Assembly: GCA_964522435.1 (NCBI GenBank) | Contig: CAZFUL010000001.1 | Span: 188,278-252,277 of the forward strand | Reading direction: 5' to 3' | Length of the DNA: 64,000 bases | From: an uncultured Gammaproteobacteria bacterium | Lineage (GTDB): Bacteria > Patescibacteriota > Patescibacteriia > Magasanikbacterales > UBA922 | In this document: positions 37,263-47,374 of the stretch, piece by piece | Position numbering within the stretch: the stretch's first letter is position 1 | How the letters are laid out: every line of letters starts with the position of its first letter | The notes under the pieces: generated by a model | Database searches by the model: none | What the model was told of the DNA's origin: nothing | Seen by the model: only the letters and a program-made list of their open reading frames with translations | Translations under genes and position numbers: made by a program

Positions 37263-38366
37263 ATGTCCAAAGACTACTACAAAACCCTTGGTATTGAAAA
37301 AGGTGCGAACCAAGAAGAAATAAAAAAAGCCTTTCGTAAATTAGCACACAAATTGCACCCAGATAAACCAACTGGGGACGAAGCAAAATTTAAAGAGATC
37401 AACGAAGCCTATCAAGTATTGGGTGATGAAACCAAACGAAAGCAATACGATCAATATGGGGCTGATTTTCAGCAGCAAGGTGGTTTTGGTGCTGGCATGA
37501 GTTGGGATGATTTTATGCGTGCTACGCGTGGACAAGGCGGACAACAAGCAGGTGGTTTCGATTTTGGCAATGTTGACTTGGGTGATATTTTTGGTGATAT
37601 GTTTGGCTTTGGTGGCGGACGCTCTCGTTCTCGCCAAGTGCAAGGCAGAGATATTCAAGTAGATGTGCAACTCTCTTTTCGCGAAGGGGTGTTTGGAACA
37701 GAAAAAGAAATTAAATTAACCAAACAAAATGCTTGTTCTGTCTGTGATGGGAGTGGCGCCGAACCAGGATCGAACATGAAACAGTGTGACCAGTGTGCTG
37801 GGCAAGGACAAGTGCGTCGGGTGCAGCAAACCATTATGGGCGCAATGCAAACGGTCGTCAACTGTTCCAGCTGCCAAGGCCAAGGAAGTTTTCCTGAAAA
37901 AAAATGTAAACATTGTGATGGCGTAGGCGCACAGCGCAGTGAGTCCAAAATGATGGTAAAAATACCTCAAGGCATTCACGATGGCGCAACGATTCGTTTA
38001 ACTGGAAAAGGGGAGCACCCGGGTGTTCGTGGGGTGGCTGGGGATTTGTATGTGGTTGTGCATATCCAACAAGACCAAAACTTTACCAGAGAAGAGAATG
38101 ATATTTTTACTACCGCCCATATTAATATATATCAAGCAATCATGGGAGATAAAATTCCTATTGAAACCTTAGAGGGAGAAAAGACTCTTGTTATTCCTGC
38201 CGGCACACAATCTCAACAAAAATTTAAATTGAAAGAATTAGGTGTTCCGTATTTGCGTGGCTCTGGACGAGGCGATCAATATGTAACAGTAATTGTTGAT
38301 ATTCCAAAAAAAGTGAATAAAAAAGCGAAACAATTGTTAGAAGAACTGAAAAAAGAATTAGATTAA
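37263..38366 (+). CDS. dnaJ: molecular chaperone DnaJ
   Basis: J-domain with 'HPDKP', a G/F-rich region, and four CxxCxGxG zinc-finger repeats. Confidence 0.9.
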   Translation: MSKDYYKTLGIEKGANQEEIKKAFRKLAHKLHPDKPTGDEAKFKEINEAYQVLGDETKRKQYDQYGADFQQQGGFGAGMSWDDFMRATRGQGGQQAGGFDFGNVDLGDIFGDMFGFGGGRSRSRQVQGRDIQVDVQLSFREGVFGTEKEIKLTKQNACSVCDGSGAEPGSNMKQCDQCAGQGQVRRVQQTIMGAMQTVVNCSSCQGQGSFPEKKCKHCDGVGAQRSESKMMVKIPQGIHDGATIRLTGKGEHPGVRGVAGDLYVVVHIQQDQNFTREENDIFTTAHINIYQAIMGDKIPIETLEGEKTLVIPAGTQSQQKFKLKELGVPYLRGSGRGDQYVTVIVDIPKKVNKKAKQLLEELKKELD

Positions 38367-38368
38367 TA

Positions 38369-38400
38369 AAAAACGCCGGATGATTATCTGGCGTTTTTTA
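38369..38400 (+). terminator. intrinsic terminator after dnaJ
   Basis: 'aaaaacgccggatgattatctggcgtttttt'. Confidence 0.65.
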
Positions 38401-38404
38401 ATCA

Positions 38405-38515
38405 CGTCATTGCGAGCCCCTAGGGCGAAGCAATCTCTAATAGAGGGTACTACGCACAAGGATGTATTTCACTCTATTAGAGATTGCTTCGTCGCTAACG
38501 CTCCTCGCAATGACG
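38405..38515. repeat. nested palindromic repeat R2, copy 2
   Basis: Same outer arms ('cgtcattgcgag/ctcgcaatgacg') and inner arms ('gaagcaatctctaatagag/ctctattagagattgcttc') as copy 1. Spacers and loop differ. Confidence 0.7.
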
Positions 38516-38560
38516 TGTATATATGGTTATATGTATCTTTAAACATTCGTAATCTTTTAT

Positions 38561-38968
38561 TTAAAAACTCAACTGATGATCCAAAATCGCATTCACTTCT
38601 TTATCTGCTTCAGTGTTTTGTTCTCGGGGAACATGGCGGAGCGTTACCTTATTAAATTCTTGAAGCGCATTATAGGCTTGAACAAATAATTTTTGTAACG
38701 TAGGTTCTTTTACTTTCCAATTTCCTTTGAGTTGCTCAATTACTAATTTACTATCAGCAATACATTCTACTTCTGTTGCACCCAGTTCTTTTGCTTTTCG
38801 TAATGCAGAAATCATCGCAGAGTATTCGGCAACATTATTCGTTTGTATCCCTAAATATTCACCGTATGCTGCTACTATTTGACCCTGCTCATTTTTAATA
38901 ACAACACCACTCGCTGCAGGGCCAGGGTTGCCTCGGGCACCACCATCGGTATAGGTATAGAGTTTCAT
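38561..38968 (-). CDS. rnhA: ribonuclease HI
   Basis: Start at ATG 38968 (MKLYTYTDGGARGNPGPAA); RNase H fold motifs. Confidence 0.8.
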   Translation of the reverse strand: MKLYTYTDGGARGNPGPAASGVVIKNEQGQIVAAYGEYLGIQTNNVAEYSAMISALRKAKELGATEVECIADSKLVIEQLKGNWKVKEPTLQKLFVQAYNALQEFNKVTLRHVPREQNTEADKEVNAILDHQLSF

Positions 38969-38969
38969 A

Positions 38970-40739
38970 TTAGTGACGAATAAGATCAATGATTAATAAC
39001 TGCAACTCTCTATTGCCATTCCATTCGTTCACATCAATTTCACAGACAATATCAATACTGTCACCGGGTTTGAGGAGGGTGCACCAATTAGGTGTTTCTG
39101 GATCAGTATTACATAGATCCCAGCCAACCGTTTTTTTAATGCTCCGGGATGCATCTGTTACCATAAGTTTCATGTGATTTTTTTCTTTTCCCATGGACTC
39201 TATTGCATGCACGGTCAGTCCTTTTATGACATAGCGAGGGCGAGGATTTTCTGGACCAAATGGTTTAAATTTATTAAGTACGTCAAACAGTTTCCAATCA
39301 ATATCGCCTAAGCTGAGCTCCGCATCAATGTCTAAGGTAGGGGACATATCTTTATCTGCGGTGTGATGATGATAGCGAGCAATAAGCGCTTCTTGAAACG
39401 CAGATAATAAATCATTTTTTTGTAAACTAAAGCCACAGGCCATAGGGTGACCACCAAATTTGGAAAAAAATTCTGGTATTTCTTGCATGGCACCAATCAT
39501 ATTAAATCCTTTGATACTTCTACCGGAACCGGTGAGTTCTCCTTTTTTATAAGCCATGGCAATAGTGGGTTTTTGATATTTTTCTTTTATACGACTCGCG
39601 ATTAATCCGACAATGCCGGTGGTCCATTTTTCACTCAACACAAATAAAATAGGCGAGTTTGTTTGGTGCTGTTCTACTTGAAGAATCGCATCTTTTACAT
39701 ATTGTTCTGTTAAATCTCTGCGTTCATCATTTTGTAAGCGAAGTTTATAGGCTAAATCAATGGCGGCTGCCCCATTATCTGCGACCATAAGCATATAGGC
39801 GGTATTGGCATGATCAAGCCGTCCTGCTGCATTAATTTGGGGCGCAATTCTAAAGCCAATGGTTTGTTCGTCAATTTCTTTATCCATGCTCCCATCATTA
39901 TGCATGAGTTTGGTTTCCAAATATAATTTTTGTAATCCAATACGACGGGTTTTATTTAATACGAGTAAGCCGTATTTTGTGAGCGTGCGAGATTCTCCAA
40001 TAAGCGGCACCATGTCAGCTACCGTCGCAATAGCCACCATATCAAGCAGCCATTTTTCAAAGGTGTCATGTTTTTCACCGGTAGGAAGTGTTTCATGCGT
40101 TTTGGCATGTGTTTTGAGTAATGCTTGGGCTAACTTAAAGGCAACACCACCACCCGCTAAATTTTTATCTGGGTAACGTTCTCGTTCTAATTTAGGATGG
40201 ATAATCGCGTATGCCTCAGGCAATACTGCTGGAATGCTATGGTGATCCGTAATAATCACATCTATGCCATATTCGTTTGCTTTGGCAACTTCTCCTGTGT
40301 TGCTAATACCACAATCACAGGTAATAATGACCTGGGTTTTTTGTGCTGCCAAATAATCAATTGTTTTTAGGTTTAAGCCATAGCCATCAGTTTCTCTATG
40401 CGGCAAATAGACATCTACCTGTGTTGCGCCGAGCGCGCGCAGGGTATCTGTTAACACCGTGGATGCGCTCACACCATCCGCATCATAATCCCCATGAATA
40501 GTAATTTTTTCTTGTTTTTCTATTGCCAACAATAAGCGAGCCACGGCTTTTTCCATGTCAACAAATAAAAAGGGGTCATGAATATGGGTACTATAGTCTG
40601 GAGATAAAAATTCATCAATCAGGGCTTGGGTAGTGCGCTGTCTGTTATATAACAAATCTGCTACCGCTTTAGGAAGTTCTGGGAATTCTGTATAAAAAGA
40701 GTCGGGTGCTTTATTATGAATGTTCCAATGGTATTGCAT
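38970..40739 (-). CDS. recJ: single-stranded-DNA-specific exonuclease RecJ
   Basis: 589 aa. DHH motif ('GDYDADG', 'ITDHH') and DHHA1 'GGGH'. Confidence 0.85.
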   Translation of the reverse strand: MQYHWNIHNKAPDSFYTEFPELPKAVADLLYNRQRTTQALIDEFLSPDYSTHIHDPFLFVDMEKAVARLLLAIEKQEKITIHGDYDADGVSASTVLTDTLRALGATQVDVYLPHRETDGYGLNLKTIDYLAAQKTQVIITCDCGISNTGEVAKANEYGIDVIITDHHSIPAVLPEAYAIIHPKLERERYPDKNLAGGGVAFKLAQALLKTHAKTHETLPTGEKHDTFEKWLLDMVAIATVADMVPLIGESRTLTKYGLLVLNKTRRIGLQKLYLETKLMHNDGSMDKEIDEQTIGFRIAPQINAAGRLDHANTAYMLMVADNGAAAIDLAYKLRLQNDERRDLTEQYVKDAILQVEQHQTNSPILFVLSEKWTTGIVGLIASRIKEKYQKPTIAMAYKKGELTGSGRSIKGFNMIGAMQEIPEFFSKFGGHPMACGFSLQKNDLLSAFQEALIARYHHHTADKDMSPTLDIDAELSLGDIDWKLFDVLNKFKPFGPENPRPRYVIKGLTVHAIESMGKEKNHMKLMVTDASRSIKKTVGWDLCNTDPETPNWCTLLKPGDSIDIVCEIDVNEWNGNRELQLLIIDLIRH

Positions 40740-40749
40740 ACCGCCATGA

Positions 40750-41154
40750 TTAACGTCTCTGTTTGTTGGTAAAACTCCAGTATGAATCAGCGATAAAGAG
40801 GGTCCAGATGCCGTAAAGGTAAGACAGGCTAATCGGTTTTTCTATACTGAGTGAGCTACTATACCATATTGATAATATGATACCAAGCATGCTCCAATAG
40901 ACAATATGTTGGTGTGATGTGGTTACCCGTTCTGCTTTTGGAATGCTATTTCGTTTACGCAACAGAAAGGTAATATAAAATAGGGCCCAAGGGATAAAAA
41001 ACAGCCATTGCCAGGTATGAATACTTTTTTCTAAGAGATCTTCAATAACAATATAGTAGAACAAAAATAGCACTAATCCTACAATAAATAATAAAAATAT
41101 ATCCAATTGATACTGGTGATGCGTTTGCCAGGTAACCACAGGATGCCGCTTCAT
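40750..41154 (-). CDS. hypothetical membrane protein (4 TM)
   Basis: 134 aa hydrophobic, 10 nt upstream of recJ on the same strand. Confidence 0.45.
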   Translation of the reverse strand: MKRHPVVTWQTHHQYQLDIFLLFIVGLVLFLFYYIVIEDLLEKSIHTWQWLFFIPWALFYITFLLRKRNSIPKAERVTTSHQHIVYWSMLGIILSIWYSSSLSIEKPISLSYLYGIWTLFIADSYWSFTNKQRR

Positions 41155-41282
41155 GGGGATACACGATTAGTAAATATTGGAAAAGAGGGGAAGCATGTTA
41201 AAAAATAACATGCCGACAATACCAATGACAGCGATGATAATTTTTCCTATTTTTATTGCTTTTGGACTCATGATAACGACGA

Positions 41283-41858
41283 TTATTGAGTAGACCATAA
41301 TACCTTTCGACAGGTATTATAGCGACCTAATTGACAGACCGCAATGTCGCTCGCCTCAAAAGAAAGAGGCAGAGAGAACTCGGGATGTTCTCCTGGGTTG
41401 CCAATAGTAATATGGGGACGATAATTTTCTTCACTAAATTTTGTTGAAAATTCATTGACCCAGGGGTAACAATCAGGAGTAATTTTTTCACCAACATCAT
41501 GAATAAAGTCATCATTTTTTGCTTGGTGCGAGAGAAGGGGGTCAATATCTTGAAGAATACGACTATGCAGAGCGCGAAGGATACCCGTATTGTCTGCTTC
41601 CATCCAACTATCATGAACAGAAGAAATGGTAACAGGGATACTCGGAAAATCTGTTGCTATACGCGCCATGCGGGTATATATTTCTTTGGTATCGTGTTCA
41701 TCCATAACTCCCATAAGGAGGGACAGATGAGGAATAAAATCAGTACGCCCTAACTGAACCGCAGCATTGCCTTGTGCATAGGCACGGGCATTTAATGCAA
41801 AGGCATATGCCATAATATGCGCTGGTGGAAAAAGAACAATATCAATTGCGTATTGCAT
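41283..41858 (-). CDS. 2H phosphoesterase family protein (LigT / 2'-5' RNA ligase-like)
   Basis: Two H-x-[TS]-x motifs: 'IPHLSLLM' and 'RPHITIGN'. 191 aa. Confidence 0.55.
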   Translation of the reverse strand: MQYAIDIVLFPPAHIMAYAFALNARAYAQGNAAVQLGRTDFIPHLSLLMGVMDEHDTKEIYTRMARIATDFPSIPVTISSVHDSWMEADNTGILRALHSRILQDIDPLLSHQAKNDDFIHDVGEKITPDCYPWVNEFSTKFSEENYRPHITIGNPGEHPEFSLPLSFEASDIAVCQLGRYNTCRKVLWSTQ

Positions 41859-41890
41859 AGGAGAAGTACATAAAAAAAAGCAAGAACAGA

Positions 41891-43714
41891 TTATCGTTTT
41901 AGTACCGCAAGGTAGGCTTCTGTTGGGATAGGCACTTTTCCTTTACTCATACTCATCATTTTTTTCTTTCCCTTTTTTTGTTTTTCTAATAATTTTCGTT
42001 TACGGGTAACGTCTCCACCATACAGTTTTGCCGTTACATCTTTGCGCAGGGCAGAAATTCGTTCTCCTGCTACAATTTTTCCGCCAATCGTTGCTTGAAT
42101 TTTTATCACAAATTGTTGACGGGGGAGGGTGTCTTTGAGCGAATTCACAATTTGTTTCCCAATTTTAAATGCTTCGTCTTCCCACACCAAGGTCGCAAGG
42201 GCTTCTACTGCTTCGTCAGCAATCACAATATCCATGCGCACCACATTTGTTTTTCGATAGTCTTTTAATTCATAACTCATAGATGCATAGCCACTGGTGA
42301 CTGTTTTGAGTTTATCATAAAAATCCGTAATCAAAGACGCGAGAGGAATTTCATAATGCAACATAGCCCTCTTTGCATATTTATCGGATAGAGCGCTTGG
42401 GTTAGCTGTGCCAGTTAAGTATTCTGTATTTATATAATTTCCTTTGCGTTCAGCAATAAGTCCCATCACATTCCCAATATATTCTTCTGGAGTAATGATA
42501 TCAATAATCATCCATGGTTCAAGAATGGTTTCTATTCGTTGTACTTCGGGGAGATCTTGGGGACTTTTTACAATTAATGATTCGCCATTTGTTTTGGTTA
42601 CTTGGTAGGCAACACTCGGGACGGTTGCAATAATACTCAGACCAAATTCACGAATCACCCGTTCTTGAAAAATTTCTAAGTGTAACATGCCTAAAAAGCC
42701 ACAACGAAAGCCATAGCCTAAGGCCTGGGAATGTTCTGGTTCATAAAACAAGGCTGAATCATTGAGTTTTAATTTATCCATGGCTTCTCGGAGCGCGCTA
42801 TAATCATCACCTTCTTGCGGAAAAATACCGGCAAAGACCATGGGTTTGACGGTTTTATATCCGGGAAGTGCTTCTGCCTCAGATCCTTTAATCGTAACGG
42901 TGTCACCAACACGTACTTCACCTAATTCTTTTAATCCTGTTACTAAATAGCCAATTTGACCATGTTCGCACAAGGGATCACTCACGAGTTTTGGTGCGTA
43001 ATGTCCCACATCTAAGGCCTCTGCTTCTGCCCCAGTTCCCATAAAAAGAACTTTGTCTCCTTTTTTAATCTGTCCATCTTTTATACGAATAGAGGCAATA
43101 ACACCACGATAATCATCATAAAAAGAATCAAAAATAAGCGCACGAGTGGGAAGGTCTCTGCGGGTTGTGTCTGGCGCAGGAACACGTTCAATGACGGCTT
43201 CTAATAATTCTGCAACACCCATGCCAGTTTTTCCTGAACAAGATAAAATATCTTCTCGTTTACATCCAATAAGATGAATAATTTCTTCACTTACTTTTTC
43301 TACATTTGCGTTCGGAAGATCAATTTTATTTAATACAGGAATAATTGTGAGGTTTTGATCTAAGGCTAAATATAAATTGGCAATGGTTTGTGCTTGCACA
43401 CCTTGACTGGCATCAACCAATAAAATAGCACCTTCTACCGCAGCAAGGGAGCGTGATACTTCGTACGTAAAATCGACGTGGCCTGGGGTATCAATTAAAT
43501 TGAGCGTATAGCCTTTATAATTCATGCGGACAGGCTGTAGTTTAATGGTAATACCTCGTTCTTGTTCTAATTCCATTTGATCAAGCATTTGATCTTTCAT
43601 GTTTCGCTTATCAATGGTACCCGTAATTTCTAAAAAACGATCCGCGAGAGTGGATTTTCCATGATCAATATGAGCAATAATACAAAAGTTTCGAATGTCG
43701 TGCATATGGGGCAT
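41891..43714 (-). CDS. lepA: elongation factor 4 (LepA)
   Basis: 607 aa. G-domain 'AHIDHGKST' and LepA C-terminal domain. Confidence 0.9.
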   Translation of the reverse strand: MPHMHDIRNFCIIAHIDHGKSTLADRFLEITGTIDKRNMKDQMLDQMELEQERGITIKLQPVRMNYKGYTLNLIDTPGHVDFTYEVSRSLAAVEGAILLVDASQGVQAQTIANLYLALDQNLTIIPVLNKIDLPNANVEKVSEEIIHLIGCKREDILSCSGKTGMGVAELLEAVIERVPAPDTTRRDLPTRALIFDSFYDDYRGVIASIRIKDGQIKKGDKVLFMGTGAEAEALDVGHYAPKLVSDPLCEHGQIGYLVTGLKELGEVRVGDTVTIKGSEAEALPGYKTVKPMVFAGIFPQEGDDYSALREAMDKLKLNDSALFYEPEHSQALGYGFRCGFLGMLHLEIFQERVIREFGLSIIATVPSVAYQVTKTNGESLIVKSPQDLPEVQRIETILEPWMIIDIITPEEYIGNVMGLIAERKGNYINTEYLTGTANPSALSDKYAKRAMLHYEIPLASLITDFYDKLKTVTSGYASMSYELKDYRKTNVVRMDIVIADEAVEALATLVWEDEAFKIGKQIVNSLKDTLPRQQFVIKIQATIGGKIVAGERISALRKDVTAKLYGGDVTRKRKLLEKQKKGKKKMMSMSKGKVPIPTEAYLAVLKR

Positions 43715-43849
43715 AATTCAGCCAAATTTCTTGCCTTATCCTATCATAATATCAGTGATTCGTAAAGAGTGAGAAGAGCGTTGTTCTCTTGAAAAAATAG
43801 GCGGTTTCTGTCAGTCTATGCGCAGGCCTCTGACACAAAGGAGTCTCTC

Positions 43850-43999
43850 ATGCCGACTATCGTGAATTGGGTATTTGTGATTTCGTTTTTGCTCATGCTC
43901 GTGCTGGGGCGAAAGGACCGGGTATTGCTGCTTACCATTTTTATCGGCTACCCAATTGCCTATGGGTTTTGCCTCCTCATCCGGGTGTTGTTTTTCTGA
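43850..43999 (+). CDS. small two-TM membrane protein, 49 aa. Below the ORF-track cutoff
   Basis: AAGGAG 6 nt before the ATG. MPTIVNWVFVISFLLMLVLGRKDRVLLLTIFIGYPIAYGFCLLIRVLFF. G+C-richer than surroundings. The listed overlapping ORFs (43811..44017 minus, 43867..44058 plus) look non-coding. Confidence 0.4.
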   Translation: MPTIVNWVFVISFLLMLVLGRKDRVLLLTIFIGYPIAYGFCLLIRVLFF

Positions 44000-44068
44000 A
44001 GGGAGGCGCTGAGCCAAAAAAGGAGCTTGCTAGTGGTTTGTTGGGGACAAGCCACTAGCAGAAAGGAA

Positions 44069-45703
44069 CTATGATATCCCATCTGTCTCACTACTAATAC
44101 TGCCTTCTACTTTCCATAGTTTCAACCAACGACGGTGTAATGTTTTTTGCAAGAGGATAAATTCCTCTATTTTTAATATATAGGATAAGAACAGATAGAT
44201 GATAACCCCACACAACGTTGCTCCTGTTGCTTGCAGGGCAATTCCCCAAAATCGTTCCATATCAACCAATTGGGCAAGGGGAGATTTACTCATCTGTATC
44301 CCAATACCCATACAGATACCAGCCACAATTATTTTATAGATTGATGAGAGATGATTGTTTTCCGCAAAGCCGTTGTGCATATGCCGACGAAGCACATACC
44401 ATAACGCAATAATCTGAAACAGAGAAGAAAGGGAAAAGGCTAATGCAAGTCCGGCCACACCAAGACTATCTTTAAATGCTAAACTGCCAATAATATGAAA
44501 GAGCATGGTGATAAAGGCAATAAGCAAGGGGGTTTTGGTATTTTCAAAAGCATAAAACGCACGAATAAACAGGGGAATAAGTGCTTGGGCAAACAGCGAT
44601 AAACTAAAAAAAGCGATGGTGTTTGCCGTGGCAATAGTCGCATTCCAATCAAATGCACCAGAACCTAACAGCAAGCGCACAATTTGTGCGCGCAGCAATA
44701 ACAATATAATAGAAAAGGGAATAATAAAATATAAAATTTGTTTTGTGGTACGCATCAGTTGATCCGTAAAGCGTTCCATGTTTTTTTGGCTTACGGCTTC
44801 AGAAAGGCTAGGAAAAGCAGCCAACGCAAATGAAATGCCAACAATACCAATAGCAACATATTGGAGGTTATTGGCAAAATGAAACACACTAATACTTCCT
44901 GCGGCAAGGGTAGAGGCAATGATCGTCGTGATAAATATATTGGCTTGGTGCACGGCAAGGGTCGCGGTGCGTGGAATCATGAGTGAGAGAATGGTACGCA
45001 TATCAGGGTCACGAAGAGAACAGACCGCTCGATAGCGAAATCCATATTGGTAGAGCGTGGGGAGTTGAATAATCAAATGCATGATGGCTCCCGCAATGAC
45101 GCCATAGGCTAATGCACTAATACCATAGAGGGGAACAAAAAATGCTGCTGCAATAATAATACCCAAATTATACAGGATAGGAGTAAGGGAATAGATAAAA
45201 AATGATTTTTTTGCTTGCAGGACGCCACTGACAATACCGCTTATCCCTAAGAGAAAAGGAGAAAACAGCATGATACGAGAAAGATGGACGGTGGTTTCTA
45301 TCGCATTTGCAGAAAATCCTGGAACAAGAATAGGAATGATCAACGGCATGAGTATATAGAGGAGAGCGCCACACACAAAAAGACTTATGGCAATAATATG
45401 CAGCACATTATTGGTCAGACGCCAGGCCTGTTCTTCACTTTTTTCCCAAAGACGAATAAACACGGGAATAAATCCCGCAGATAATGCCCCTGCAATTAAG
45501 ACGGTATACAACAAATCGGGAATACGAAATGCTGCATAATAGATATCGAGTGTTTCTCCTGCACCAAATTGATGCGCAAATAAGCGATCACGCAGTAGCC
45601 CAATAATTCTACTAATAAAAGACGCAGCCCCTAATACCAGGGCAGCGCCAGTAATTGTTTTTGATTGATAGCTAACAAATTTTTTTATCATGCGTTTATG
45701 CAC
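44069..45703 (-). CDS. murJ: lipid II flippase MurJ (MviN)
   Basis: 544 aa with about 14 TM. 'LDIYYAAFRIPD' matches the MurJ N-terminal signature. A minus-oriented terminator hairpin lies at 44019..44060. Confidence 0.8.
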   Translation of the reverse strand: MHKRMIKKFVSYQSKTITGAALVLGAASFISRIIGLLRDRLFAHQFGAGETLDIYYAAFRIPDLLYTVLIAGALSAGFIPVFIRLWEKSEEQAWRLTNNVLHIIAISLFVCGALLYILMPLIIPILVPGFSANAIETTVHLSRIMLFSPFLLGISGIVSGVLQAKKSFFIYSLTPILYNLGIIIAAAFFVPLYGISALAYGVIAGAIMHLIIQLPTLYQYGFRYRAVCSLRDPDMRTILSLMIPRTATLAVHQANIFITTIIASTLAAGSISVFHFANNLQYVAIGIVGISFALAAFPSLSEAVSQKNMERFTDQLMRTTKQILYFIIPFSIILLLLRAQIVRLLLGSGAFDWNATIATANTIAFFSLSLFAQALIPLFIRAFYAFENTKTPLLIAFITMLFHIIGSLAFKDSLGVAGLALAFSLSSLFQIIALWYVLRRHMHNGFAENNHLSSIYKIIVAGICMGIGIQMSKSPLAQLVDMERFWGIALQATGATLCGVIIYLFLSYILKIEEFILLQKTLHRRWLKLWKVEGSISSETDGIS

Positions 45704-45718
45704 GCCTACACGCGGCCG

Positions 45719-46639
45719 CTAAATGGAAGTCTTTTTTCTCATTAAGGTGATTAACACAATCACGATACAGGCTAAGGTGATAAACATGAGCCACACCCAT
45801 TTTGGTTCATGGGCAAAGGGGAGTCCCATAATATTCATTCCGTAAATGCTTGAAAGCACGGTAAAGGGGAGTAATCCCACAGAAATAATCGTAAGCGTAC
45901 TAATGACTTTATTGGTTTTTTGGTTAATTAATGATTCAACCGTTACGTGTAAGCCGTTTACCGTATCTTCGTAAGTGTTAATAATGACCCATGTTTTATT
46001 AAGATAGTCATGAATATCATCAAAGTACAGAGAGGTTTCTTCATTAATAAATGGTTTTCTAATATGAGAAAGATTGGCAATTAAGTAGCGTTGCGGGTCT
46101 ATCATCCGGCGAAAATGTAAGATATTTCTTCGATGGATAGATAGTTCTTTTACGGTATTGATATCTTGTTTGCCTTGGAAAATAGACTCTTCGAGAACGG
46201 CTAATTCTTTTCCCATGGTGTTTAAAATAGGGCGATTGAGTTTGTAAAGAGATTCTAATAATTTATATAAACAAAATCCTGTAGTGGTATTCATCCATTG
46301 TTTTTGCACCCGTTTACTTTTCATGCGAGAAGCAAAAAATTGATTGATCTCGTCTGACTTGGTGCGATGAATCGTAATTAAAAAGTGAGAGCCAACAAAA
46401 ATATTTACTTCATGGGTAATAATTTTTTTTGTGATGTTATTCCAAGAAGGAAATTGAACAATAAGAAAAATATAATTTTTATACGTGTCAATTTTTGGCG
46501 CCTGCATTTCTCCTTGAATATCTTCGTAGTCAAGATGATGAAAATTATAATGCTCTTTAAGATACGCAATTGCTTCTGTATCTACTTGAGAGATGTTTAC
46601 CCAGGTCATTGAGGGTGTTTTCACTTCTTTGATATTCAT
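45719..46639 (-). CDS. corA: magnesium/cobalt transporter CorA
   Basis: 306 aa with two C-terminal TMs and 'YGMNI' (GMN motif). Confidence 0.8.
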   Translation of the reverse strand: MNIKEVKTPSMTWVNISQVDTEAIAYLKEHYNFHHLDYEDIQGEMQAPKIDTYKNYIFLIVQFPSWNNITKKIITHEVNIFVGSHFLITIHRTKSDEINQFFASRMKSKRVQKQWMNTTTGFCLYKLLESLYKLNRPILNTMGKELAVLEESIFQGKQDINTVKELSIHRRNILHFRRMIDPQRYLIANLSHIRKPFINEETSLYFDDIHDYLNKTWVIINTYEDTVNGLHVTVESLINQKTNKVISTLTIISVGLLPFTVLSSIYGMNIMGLPFAHEPKWVWLMFITLACIVIVLITLMRKKTSI

Positions 46640-46656
46640 AGTACTACAGGCTAAAA

Positions 46657-47286
46657 TTATGTTGGAAGAAAAACTTGCAAACGGATAACAGCGGTTCCTG
46701 CTTGTGTTTGAGAAGTTGTATCCACATAGAGTGTACCACTAATTGCGTCTTTTGAAAAATACAGCAACTGATTTTCTATGCTGAGGGTAAATCCTTGTTT
46801 TTTTAAATTACTTTCATAATAGTTGCGGATAAATTGTGGCGTTGCCGGTAAATTGGTCCACTCAATAACATACATATCACGCGTATCGGTAATTGGTTCG
46901 TGCACAAAATCCACAACGGTTTTCCAGGTGGAATGATTGGGTTGCACGCGATCTTCAAGATTCAAGATAATAGGGGAGAGAATAACTTTTGGAATAATCG
47001 CTATTGTTTCAATGAGTTTATGTTGCTCTCTTCCTTGTGTATAGACAATACTATCAATATTGTCTTCATCATAAATTATAATGCTATCATGTACTTTTTG
47101 AGGGAGGGTTTCAATACGTTTTTCACCTGGCGCACTAATAAATTGCACGAGCAAAAACATGCCTCCTAAAAAAAGAAAAATAAACAAACAGCCCGTAAAG
47201 CAGGTTCTTTTTATGCAAGAACGTTTTTTTGTGAGTTCTTGTAAGGGAGGTTGTTGGATCGTAATACGTTCGTTTCGTCGCGCCAT
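46657..47286 (-). CDS. hypothetical membrane-anchored protein
   Basis: 209 aa with a single N-terminal TM. No motif recognised. Confidence 0.4.
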   Translation of the reverse strand: MARRNERITIQQPPLQELTKKRSCIKRTCFTGCLFIFLFLGGMFLLVQFISAPGEKRIETLPQKVHDSIIIYDEDNIDSIVYTQGREQHKLIETIAIIPKVILSPIILNLEDRVQPNHSTWKTVVDFVHEPITDTRDMYVIEWTNLPATPQFIRNYYESNLKKQGFTLSIENQLLYFSKDAISGTLYVDTTSQTQAGTAVIRLQVFLPT

Positions 47287-47374
47287 AAGAAGCTGTTGAA
47301 TGACAAAAGTATAGCAAATGGATAAAGGATTGTATAGTAATGTGCTATACTACTCATACAATAATGTATCATCT

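Noticed and set aside
43811-44058. ORFs 43811..44017 (-) and 43867..44058 (+)
   Set aside because: Both cut across the better-supported SD-led 49-aa membrane-protein frame (43850..43999) and the murJ terminator hairpin.
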